NCBI GenBank assembly: GCA_009103225.1
Contig: RHPI01002402.1
Coordinates: forward strand, 310,001-374,000
Direction: 5' to 3'
Length of the DNA stretch: 64,000 bases
Source of the DNA: Chlorokybus atmophyticus
Lineage: Eukaryota; Plantae; Mesostigma and Chlorokybus algae
Part shown: positions 24,925 to 35,899 of the stretch, piece by piece
Numbering within the stretch: position 1 is the stretch's first letter
Layout: every line of letters starts with the position of its first letter
Position numbers and translations under genes: made by a program
The notes under the pieces: model-generated
What the model was told of the DNA's origin: nothing
Database searches by the model: none
The model's input: only the letters and a program-made list of their open reading frames with translations

Positions 24925-27900
24925 GGGTAAGTGTACCATAGTTCGGACACCTAATTAAGGACAGGTTTTGTTCTATGACCTCCATGGCTGTTGCTGGTGT
25001 GCGACGGTGCGTGGGAAGACGAGGAGTTGACGGGTGTTATAGACGTGACGGCATATTTTTTGGTGCCGTACAGCCATCACTACACAACCTCAAAGTGGGG
25101 AGTACGTGATATCCTGGCAAAACGGCTGTTGTCGTAAGTTCGGACTGCCCGAAATGGCTGCATTTCACCCTGCTGTGGCGGCCAATCAGTGTTGGGCAGG
25201 CTTCAGATTGCGCTGGCGTGCTGTGCTGACATGCTGTGACCCGTCACGATGCTGTCAACGCCGCCGCCATCGCCACTGGTGCGGGCAGCGTCTACCTTGC
25301 TGTTGTATGCCGTCCGAACATAGGCGAGGTTGCGGGTATGTGCATGCTGGGCGCTGTTGTCGTGGCCGTGGTGGTGGCCGGTGGCGCCTTTGCGCAAGGG
25401 TCGTCGCCTGCTGGTAAGCTTGCAGAGATGCGCTTGGGTGTGTGTTCTGAACCTGTTTGCCTGCGTGAGAGTGCTGCGTGCATGTGTGTGTGTGTGTGTG
25501 TATGTGTGTGCGTGTGTGAGTGTGTCACACGGGTGGTGTGCGACTGCTATGGTTGTGAGCGTGTTCAGACTCTCTCTTTAGGCTTAGCTAACTTGTGTGA
25601 GTTGTCGCTCACACAGATGCTGAGCGACAACAGCGCCTGTGAAGAGGTTCAGTGTGGCAATGCCTCCAAGCGTCAGCGGAGAGGCAGCTTGCCCATACGC
25701 CCCTAGTTTATTGTGCTGCTGTGTCCTTCCTTGTGCTTGTGCGTGTGCAGTACAGCTGAGTTGTTGTGCACCCCTGCATGTGACTCTGGCAGACTTGTAC
25801 GTTAATACATGTATGTGTGAACGGTGCTACCCGAAATGACTGTGGTTGTATGGCTTATGCATAAGCCATATGGTGTGCTGTGTGTTATGCATGCCTAGCC
25901 AATCATGCATGCAGTTTGTAGAGCTGTGTGACCACACATGTATGTACAGACTAATATATGTACAGACAATTTGTGCTGACTCTGCTACCTAGAGCATGCG
26001 TGATCTTGCTGCTGCCTTGAGGTTGAGCAGGGTGCGAGCCGGGCCTGCATAGCATGCCACAGATGCATCTACGCAGCGATTGGCAGCCTGCATCTCAGAA
26101 GGGGTGGGTGACATGGAAGGAAAGCGGTTGGGCTGCCAGCCTTGGCCAGCCAGCTGTGGGCTGCCAACTGGACTGCGCTGAGGGGACAGGTTGGCCAATG
26201 GGTTGTCAACTTCGCTAGTGTCAACAACTTGTGATGCCAGGTCAACAATGCATGGCTTGGGTCCTGCATGTGTCCTGATGTGAGTGGGTCCTGCACGAGC
26301 TGTGGCATCTTTCTGCGCTAATAGCTTGGCCTGTTTTGCAGCCTCCTTCGCTGCCTTGGCTTCCTGCTTCTGCAATTGTACCAGCTCTCGCTGCGCCTTT
26401 GCTGTTGCACGCTGCAAGGCACCCAACTCCTTGGCCCTAGCTGCTTCCACCTTCTTCTGTGCTGCCTCTTGCTTGCGTGCTGCCACTGCAGCTTGCTTGG
26501 CGGCAATCTCGGCCTTCTTGGCTTGCAATGCCTTGATATATCCTTCAGATGTCAGGCAGATTGAACCCTGGATGTGTGGGTTTGCCTTCTTTTGCTGCCA
26601 AGTTGAAGGGCCTGCCTCCTGCTGAATGCTACCAAAGTTGATGTTGCCACTGTTGGGAGCGCCACCCACTGTGACACCTCGCAAGTTGATGTTGATATTG
26701 TTGTTGTTAGTGATGTTGACGCTGTTGTTGTTGATGACTGCAGGCGCTGGTGTAGATGGGCTTGGCTGGCGGTTCTCCTTGTCGCTGGAGCTGTCGTCAT
26801 CTTCGGTGGCCGAGGAGTCCTCATCATCCTCAAATGGCACAGGCACACCCTCCCCATCAAGCGCAGGCCCTCCAAACTCGTGCTGCACTTGTGCATGTGC
26901 CAAGTCAAGAGTCACCTCCTCGGGGGTGGGTTTGGGAAGCTCAGGCACCTTCCTGTCCAATGCATGCACATTGACGGGCCAGATCCCTAGCATGACACAA
27001 TTCAGTGAGATTGATGGCTGAAGTGCATGCATGTAAGCACTGATTGGGTTGTCTCATATACTGCACCTGTCTTCTTGAACCCGCTTGCAATGTTGCCAGG
27101 TGTCATCGCCAACATGAAGGGCTTGGCCGTCAGCTCTACAAACTTTAGCTTGGTGATGGGACATGTAGGGTCCTCCACTCGCCACTTCAGGAACTCTCCT
27201 CGGTAGTGCTGCTTCAACGAGCGAAAGCAGCTCACGTCTAGCACCTGGTAAGGCAATAGGTTGCAATGCCGCATAGCAAAGCACAATTGCGCATGCATGT
27301 CAATGTGCACTGCGCACCAACCTGCATCAAGTGTGTCATATGCGCTGGGAATGTCAGCATGTGCACACCATGGTCACGTGCCAGCTGCAACAGGTCAGGA
27401 TTCATGCGAGATGAGTGGCCGTCCAGCAGCAAGAGGACTGGTCTGTCTACACTCGCCCCTCCAGGTATGAACTTTAGAAACTTGTCAAACCAGTCCACAA
27501 ACAGTTCCATTGTCATGTACGCATTCTCTTGCATGCGCATGTAGGCACCATAAGGTGCAGCCGCTAGATAGTTCTCTGTGTAGCGATGACCCTTCAAGAT
27601 GTAGAAAGGAGGCATCCACATCCCTGCTGCATTAACGCACGCCATAACACTCATGTGTTCTCGACTACCCACTTGATTGTAGTAGGGGTTCTTGTACCCC
27701 TTTTTGCATATGACTTTCACAGTCCCTGCATACGCAAGGTGGTAATCAGCATCCACATCCACAAGCATTGACAACTATTCGCGTGCGCAGAACTCACCAA
27801 GGTTGTCAGGCTCAAAACCGGTTTCATCAGCGTTGAAGATGCGGGTGGGGTCATCAATGCCCAACTCAGCAAGCACCGTGGTGTACAGCTGGAAGAAACC

Positions 27901-29402
27901 CTCAATGTTCTCCCTGGTACACGCTTGCCACCTTCTCCTGTCCAGTCCTTCGGCAACGCGGGACGCCAACTGGTGGCGACTCATCAACAGGCGCAGCCAC
28001 TTATACCCAGGACAGCCGCTGGCACCAAAGCGCTGCAAACGCCCAAGGGGATCATCCTTGAGCATGTGCATCACCTGCATGCACACTTGCAAGCTTAGCA
28101 CACCACTCTGGCCTTCATCACCCGCACAAGGTACGCCTCGTCTGAATCAGCATTAGCTTACGCATTGCACCATTTACATGCATACGCAATCGCACTCGCT
28201 ATGCCTTACCTTTGTAAACAGGGCCGGCCTTGTGACACCCAAGTTGTTGTCAGCAGACCAGTTGATCCACGCCACCAGGTCCTTCTCCTGTTCCATGGTC
28301 AGCACCGGTGGACGCCCACTAGGCCGTGGCAACTGCAACTTCTCCGGGTATGTGACATAGTCCCAGAGGGTGGACTTGGGGACGCCATGCCTCGCAGCAG
28401 CAATCCTGAGCTTCATGCCAGCCTTCACCTCTTCAACTGCCACCCCCATCTTTAAAATGAGGCCCTGCCCAGCATAGTTGACATAGGCCATGCCTTTGCG
28501 ACGTGTGGTGCCCAGCACACTCCTAAGCGCTGCCTTGCTGCGTCCCCGGTAGCGCTTGAGTGGGCCTGGTGCAGAGGGTGTGCCACATGCTCGCTTACTT
28601 CCCGCTGCAGGAGTGGACTCCTGCAGACAACACCATGCATCAGCCTCAAGTGCCATATACCACGACCACCAGCACCCAACTGTGTAGTACGACATGTACA
28701 TAGTGTGCTAAGCATAGCGTAAAAGAGCGTTATGCAACCACAAGACCACACACTCATGCACAGCCTTGGCAGCCTCTGTACCTCATTGTCTTGCATGCCA
28801 TCTTGTGTGCTCTGCTCGCGCTGCGTCTCTGCCGCTCCCCGTGTGTGCACCATCACCCTCGCGTGGCGTTTTAGCCCCCCAAACACACAAGCCCCAGTCC
28901 ACAGTGCGCAACTTCACACATAACAGCTATACCACTGCCAGTCCGCATTGACCACCCCAACTACTCAGCACTAACAATTGCCACCACTCCCTTTGCAACT
29001 GCACCAAACCCAACCCAATCGCACTTTCACATTGCCCGCCACAACTTTCAAATGACAACGCTGGTAGACTAACCACTTTAGCAGCGTTAACTACGTTGTA
29101 GGGGCATTGCATTGAGCCAACAAACGCGCTCATTGGTCGAGCACAGACCTATCCTTAAGACTTCAAAGTCAAGTCAACCACACTGCAACACTTTAATTTA
29201 CACAGTTAAACGCATGCTACTGGCGCCAATACTTAACCAATAGGGTTGAAACTCGAAGGAGAGCTAGGATTGGTCCACAGGTACACGACAAAGTTCACAG
29301 CGCTCAAATTGACCGCCAAAACCGCCAACCACAGCGTCTACTACTGCCAGGTTCATGCAGGTCCGAATTTACGCATTTGTCCGAATTTAGTTACACTTAC
29401 CC
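24925..29402 (-). mobile_element. Tc1/mariner-pogo (Fot/Tigger-like, DD35D) DNA transposon, apparently complete
   Basis: TA duplication at 24923-24924 and 29403-29404. 26-bp TIRs: GGGTAAGTGTACCATAGTTCGGACAC and GGGTAAGTGTAACTAAATTCGGACAA (21/26). Encloses a spliced transposase. Confidence 0.92.
25989..28853 (-). CDS. Pogo-type DDE_1 transposase with HTH_psq and CENP-B HTH, about 6 exons; start codon uncertain
   Basis: AAARHGVPKSTL (psq), GRPPVLTMEQEKDL (CENP-B HTH), NADETG, LLLLDGHSS and Q|VLDVSCF. Introns 28075-28209, 27726-27797, 27245-27321 and 26987-27066 restore one open frame. Confidence 0.88.
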
Positions 29403-30689
29403 TACACTTCGCCGCCAAATGATAATCACAGTGCCAACGCGGAGCTTGATACCGCGAAAATGGGTCAATTAAGGAACCTGTACTCTATTCCCGCTAACAG
29501 CCGAGAAGCCCGACCACTTGTAATCAACTCACAGACCCAACTACATTGCCAACGTCGACGCTGCCTTTGTCGGCATCTCATGATGTTGAATGTTTTTCTA
29601 TATCAGTGTAGTGTTGAGGAGTCAGTCGATGTAGTCTCGAGTAGGCAATCGGCAATAGCCGATCAACAACCGGCCACCAATCATTTTCAGCGATTGCGTT
29701 TGTCAATGACGCGAGTAATAGCTGCCCAAAGTCTGCGGGTACAAGGATGTGCGCTTTACAACAATGCAACTTTGGGCAACCAGCCAATCACGCGGCAGGA
29801 GTAGGGCGGGAAAGTTCGTTGCCTCCCTCCCAGCATAACTAGCAACCCTGTCATCATCGACAAATTATTGTGTGGTTACTTTTACCAATGTTGACGACCA
29901 CACTTACGACGGCATTGGTCAATGTTGACAAACGACGCCGCGTTAGCTGCCGCCGCCGGCAGCCTGTCGGTCTGCAGCGACAAGCGCAGTCGTCGTCGGC
30001 GACACACACCACGAAACCGGTAACAATGCTGAGTTAATGTTTTCCCCACAACAGCTGCTTGGGCCCCTCAACTGCTAATTTATCAATGCAAGAGACTTCA
30101 CTTGAAGAGAATAACCCCGTTAACACTATCGAAAATGAGATTACCAAATGGAATCTAAACATACATTGATGCATAATGCAAAAAAATATGCTTAACCGCG
30201 AAAACCATACCTAACAAATATAAATTCACAAGTTTTATTAAGCGATATGTTAACATGGGGAGAGTAGTGCGCGTCGGGTGTAGCATAAGGCGTGGTGGGC
30301 AAGTTGTGACGAGTGACCAGCATGATGGCGTAATGAGCGTAACGTGATGCGTGCGTTGTGATGATGCGCATTACTGCGTGTGTAGCATATTTGTGCTCTT
30401 GACATCAGAGAGCATATCATGCTCTCAAATGCCAAGAGAATAACCTTGATAAGCCTTATCTTGAAGAGCACAATATAGCAGAGGCTAAACTATATGCACT
30501 TACAGGGGGTAGAATGTATCGGGGAGGCGCAAGGTTTGAGTAGTTTGTGCTATAGAAAGGTGCATTGCAAGGTGCTAAGCTAGGTCCAAACATTGCTCCA
30601 CCGATAGCGAGGAGGGGCGTAAATATACCATTCAAGCTTGGTTATGATATATAACCAGCAATCGCGGTGATTAGGAACCGTTACAGTCG

Positions 30690-31338
30690 GTTGCAAACGG
30701 CAATAATGCTTAGCTATTGTGGAATAGCTTCATTGAGATTTGTGCACCTGCAAGTTATCCAGGTGAGGAGCGGCAGCATGCAGCAGCAGTGCAGGCAAAT
30801 AAAATTGGCAAGAGTAAACAAACCCAAAGCGAGCAATGCCATAGACTAAGTTGGTAAACATTTAACAAAAATGACAACCGCGTAGAGGCATATGACCCCT
30901 TATATGTCACATTACTATATATATAGCTTCGTTATTAACGAGAGCACAAGAAATTATCTTTCTTTAAAAATGCATGAAAGAGGTTTCCATGCATGCTTGA
31001 GTAAAAGTAGCTGGTAAAAAGGCGCGGGCTAGTGACGTACGTTGTTTCCATATCCGTGGCAGGCCAACTTCCCTGTGTAAGCAAAGCTTTATTGCTGACA
31101 TGCACACAACGAATAAAGAAGGTGATGCGTTAAGGCATGACGACTGTTGCAGCGAAGATAGATGGTTCAGCCGTAGTAATTCAAAACGAGCATGTTCAAC
31201 AATGCAATTAAATATGTTGATCCATTGCTCCGCAACGGTCACATCAAGCGCAAAGCCTAGACCGTCGTTTATGTGGATTGTTATTACGATGATAATGTCA
31301 ACATTATAATTACAACATTGGTAGGTTTCATTACTCAC
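30690..31338 (-). pseudogene. Probable highly decayed Ty1/Copia reverse-transcriptase relic
   Basis: IIIVITIHINDGLGF resembles the Copia IIVLVYVDDGL catalytic motif, and AVCNRL*RFL downstream resembles FAVNRLSRFM. The rest is poorly conserved. Confidence 0.35.
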
Positions 31339-31414
31339 GTGTTAAGCTAATCAAGTTGCTCAAGTAGCGAAAATTAGAATTACTCGACTTGTTATAATTT
31401 TAAACTTAGCCGAG

Positions 31415-32012
31415 AAATAAGTATTGCAGTTATTAAGCAAACTCCAATAACTCTTCAAGGGAACATAACGGGGCATGTATGGGGCTTCAAACCTATAGAA
31501 TTTACGGAGCTTTAGCAGTAGGGCGTAACGCTAAGTAACATCGCCCATTGGGCGTTTTGAAAGCGCAAACAGCTCTTTTGAACCGGTTGGCAAGTTTGTT
31601 GCTAACATCACATGTAGGGCGCAGGGGTAAATGACAACATGAAACAAGGCAAAAACGGGACCAGCCACAGATGTGGTGTGCCAAAACAAAAAAGAAAATA
31701 CCCGTGAAATTAAAGTATCGCAGCTATTAAGCAACCCCAATAATCCTTGAAGGGAACGTAACGGGGCATGTATGGGGCTCTAACCCTATAGCTTTTAGCG
31801 AACATTAGCTGTAGAGCGCAACGCCAACCAACATCTCCCAAAACCGCAAACAGCTCTCATGGAACCGTTGGCAAGGTTATTGCTTACATTAATGTAGGGC
31901 GCAAGGCGAAGTAACAGCGCCAAACAACTTGTTTGGCGCTGTTATAAGCTGTTTGAAACAACGCAGAAACGGGACCACCAAGTTTGGTGCGTTCAAAACA
32001 AAAGAAACCTGT
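31415..32012. repeat. Two-copy diverged tandem duplication (period ~292 bp) directly downstream of tRNA-Asp copy 2
   Basis: Shared blocks: AAGGGAAC(A/G)TAACGGGGCATGTATGGGGCT, GCAAACAGCTCT, GTTGGCAAG, ATGTAGGGCGCA and AAACGGGACCA. Confidence 0.85.
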
Positions 32013-32019
32013 GCTTGCA

Positions 32020-32091
32020 CGCACCTGCCGGGAATTGAACCCGGGTCTTCCGCGTGACAGGCGGAGATACTTACCACTATACTACAGGTAC
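32020..32091 (-). tRNA. tRNA-Asp(GUC), copy 2, identical to copy 1
   Basis: Same 72-nt sequence; T-tract terminators at ~31995-32003. Confidence 0.95.
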
Positions 32092-32484
32092 ACATTGCAT
32101 TGACACTGGTGTATCAACAGGCCATAAACAAAGCATAGCTGCACAAGCCCTAATTGCAGTCGATTTCCCATCGCGTATCAAATTGCTCAGACAGTGAACA
32201 CACCGCAGCTTTTTCGTGGTGGGAGTCGCTGCCGATGCTGTGAAAAGCGAAGGAGAAAATGCTGGCACCCACTCCACTGAGGCGGACGACTGGGAGAAAC
32301 TGTGCAAGCAGGAGCACCACTGGGCTAAGGTGCTAGCGGCAGCGGCAGCGTGGAGGGGCGAGGAAGCGACTTTGTGTAGTTGTGTTGGGCGGCTGGGATG
32401 TGCTGATCGGTGCCGATTGGTGAGCTGTCCTGTCTTTGCGGTTTGCTGGGTCTGTGTGTTGGGCGTGTGCGAGACGCCGCAAGT

Positions 32485-32492
32485 TAGGGTTT
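32485..32492 (+). promoter_or_regulatory. Telo-box (TAGGGTTT/AAACCCTA) upstream of SPT2
   Basis: Exact 8-mer. Function is inferred from the plant telo-box only. Confidence 0.3.
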
Positions 32493-33402
32493 CTTCCTTC
32501 CTTCGTTCCGAGTTGTAGTGCATTGGTATTATTGTATCAACAGGTGGCGCATCTTCCCTGCATCATGCTTTGACGTTGTGCGTTAGTGCTCTGTTGTCCT
32601 CCGTGTGCTTCTATATTTCTGTTTGTTCAGACCACGCCTCTGTTTCTCTTTCGCTGTCGTTTGGCTGTGTGCTCTACTTGCTGCGAGGCTTGAGCGTGGT
32701 ATGCTTCGTTTGTGTTTGTGTAACTCGTTGGAGGTCTAATTTATGCACATCAATTAGCTGTTCACTAGATGTGTCTACTCACAGAGGTGTATGGGTGTGT
32801 GCCAGGCGTTTTGCTGCGATCATGTGGTGTGGTACGGCGAACAGCTCATGAAGAGGTACGCCGGTTGCTGTCTTGTATGGGTTTTGCATACAAACATGAC
32901 ACTGTAGTAATTGGTTTACCTTGATTTACTTCTCATCTGCTCAAGCAACCAGCACTAAACCAGGGCCAAACCCTTGTTGAGATGTCAATCAGATTTGTGG
33001 CAATCACCATAAACTTGCAACATACGCGTGCAAGCTGTTGAGCAGTAGCAAATTTGCACACACAACCTTGGTGTAGCATATAACATGATATCAGTAGACG
33101 CATCTGTCTATGGCGTGTTTGTTGGCAATGCACTGTACATCCAAGCAAGATCAATGTATAGTTGTCCGCTCTCCGGTGTCACTACAATCAACACTTCAGC
33201 GATTGCCAACAACCACCTTCACACCCTGAAGGCTGAATCGCGATTATTGTGCGCCACGTTGCAAAGCAGTTGAAAGCATACACATGTAGCTTTTTTCAAG
33301 CACTGAAATGTATGAGTATTGATGATCTACAGATTATAGGTTGTATTAACTGTTCACTAACAAACATGCAACTGTTCAACCGAATTGGACGTGACGCGTG
33401 TG

Positions 33403-35270
33403 ATGTCATCATCCATTTGCAGCAAGGATGGCTGGGGCACGTTCTTCGGCCCCCGTACCGAGCGCCATAGGTTCCAGGCGCTGCCCGAGCGCACGGAGCC
33501 GCTGCTCGGCAGCGCCAAGGATGGCAAGCAGCGCAAACCAACCAAAGTGGAGGATGCCGCAGTTGACAAGCAAGTCGCGGCCTACATGGCCAAACAGAAG
33601 GTAAGCAAGCTTGTGTGTTCTACAAATGCAGCTGAAATTGTAAAAGCTGTGGGTGAATCCTGCGAGTGGTTGTCGCTCTGTGGGCAGAGTCCCTTCTGAA
33701 CTGCAGTCAAGAGTTGCTTGTCAAACTTATTACCAGTGTAGGCAGTTGCACTCTCATCTTCGTATAATACGATACGCAGCATACGCGTTATTATTGTGTT
33801 CCATTTGTGCGCATGCATACTGATGAAATTGGTTGCATTATCTATGCACAATACGCTCAGCATTTTACGTACACATGTAGGTGCTAGTGAGTGTTTCCGC
33901 TCATGCTGTTGTGTAGCGCAGATGGCCAACGGCAAGGCACCGGCATCAAGCAGCAAACCCAGCAGCAAACCCAGCAGGCCTGCCCCGACCGTAGTTTCTG
34001 AGGAGGTACTTCACCTGCCAAGTCACAGCTTTACACATGGCACTCTTCCCAACCAGCAACAACACACATTAATTGTGCTTCATGCGAGTAGAACTTGTGC
34101 CTTGTTGTGCTGTAAGTTGTGGGGTGTTTTCGTGTGCAGGCCAGACTCAACAAGCTAAAGCAAAACCGCGACTTTGCCGCGCTGTTGTCTGGTGCAATTC
34201 CTATCCCGAAGCCTGCACCAAAACCCGCCGCGGAGCCGTTGCCAACACTTAAACCCACTGCACAAACACCCAAGCCTTCTCAACGCAAACCCCTGCTCGC
34301 GCCTTCAACACCTCCCAAGGCGAAACCATGCGCTCCCACTGGAGGCAGCAAGCCTGGTCCCACGCCTGCGCGTAATGGAAGCAGCAAAGCAGCAGTCAAA
34401 CCCGCTCCATCGCATAACAAACCGGTGCAGGCGATTCAGGCAGTGACGCATGTGCGCAGTGCAAGCGCTCCATCATTGACTGCAAACGGGCGCGTGCATA
34501 CTGACGTGGTGAGCATCAGATTGCCATTGCTTACGTGTTTGATTATTGCGTTTACGTTTTTGTGGATGTTGTCTGCATGGTTTGTGCTCAAGCATTCGCA
34601 AGAGTGGTTGGGTACTGATGTCGGTTGGATGTTGTCTTGGGTTAGATTCGCAACAACAAGTCAGAGGCTGTGCAGCGCCAGCAAAAGCATCGGCGAGACA
34701 GTGACGAAGAGGATGAGGAAAGTGAGGAGGAGGAGGAAGAAGAAGACTATGGGAGGGTGTCGTCCATGATCCGTAACATGTTCAGGTCTGTGTGTTATGC
34801 TTGGATGTTCTACACGTGTGCCACCTGACCTGTGCACAGCCACTGTGGCCAACCTCCCTTGCATCTTGAAGCGATTGTTGTGCAGTCGTAGTGTTGACTG
34901 TGTCTCTCAGAGTACAATTATGGTCATGAGGCCCAGCTCACCGTTGTTGTGTGGCACAGGTACAACCCGAACAAGTACCGGGACCGGGACCGCAATCGCC
35001 ATCGTGATGATGATGATGACACTGCGATGGTGTCCAGCTTCGCAGACCTTGAGCGTGAAGAACGCAGGAGGTAATGTTTTGCAATTGCTAGTTGGAAAGA
35101 AGTTTGAACAGGAGGGTGCTGAGTGCCATGATCACTTGCCATGCAGTGCGAAGCTGGCACGATTGGAAGATGAGCGGGAGGCAGCTCTGCTGGAGGAAGA
35201 AGACCGGCGCAAGGCAGAGAGGAGGAAACGCAAGTTGCAAGAGAAAAAGAAGGCCAGGCACAAAGATTGA
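33403..35270 (+). CDS. SPT2: SPT2 chromatin protein / histone chaperone, multi-exon; start uncertain
   Basis: C-terminal SPT2 domain: DYGRVSSMIRNMF|RYNPNKY...DDDDTAMVSSFADLEREERR|SAKLARLEDEREA. Preceded by a Pro/Lys/Ser-rich disordered region and an acidic tract. Confidence 0.85.
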
Positions 35271-35899
35271 TGTCAAGTTGGTTGTAGTTCGGTTTACGCT
35301 TGTTATGTATTGTGGACATTGCCGGTTAAATAGCTTGTGCACCAGCAGTTGGTAGAGTTTAGTGGTGTCTCTGTCTGCATTGCGCCTGAGCAATGCAGTG
35401 GTGGCCTATCATCAAGGCTGCCCCAAACGAAATTCTTTACTGCCACGCTTGAAGTCTCTTATTAACGTGGTAATGTTCTCCAGTTGGCCACCTACATTGT
35501 TTGAGAGTTTTCACTTGTGCTCCAGAACTTACATAATGAATTGGGCGTGTCATCGAAGCTGTAGTGTTTACTAAAACATTAACATAGCAGAACCAGTTCA
35601 GTCCGACAGCAATATTATCCTACCTACCTCAGAGCAACAACTCCTGAGACACCGGAAAAGAAACGCGCAGCAAGCACTAATGAGCGTTACTTTTAGACAA
35701 CAGAATTGCACACAAGCCCTTATACAAGATGTCATTTCTTTTGACCTTGTACGGTGCTGGACAAACTCAATGCGAGCAGTGTGGAACAGAAAATGTTGCA
35801 ATTGGCTGTCAACTGCAACAAGCAATGGTATTAGCATTGCTCGCAGCGCTTGGGTTGTTGCAGGTAATCAGTCTCTATCAGCTTGCAGTGCTCGGGTTG

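Noticed and set aside
24197-32091. tRNA pair as attL/attR of an integrative element, or as tRNA-derived SINEs
   Set aside because: Both copies are full length with their own terminators, no integrase or recombinase lies between them, and there is no shared SINE body or tail beyond ~20 nt.
32216-32518. 100-aa ORF upstream of SPT2
   Set aside because: No recognisable motif or splice support; more likely promoter or 5' UTR.
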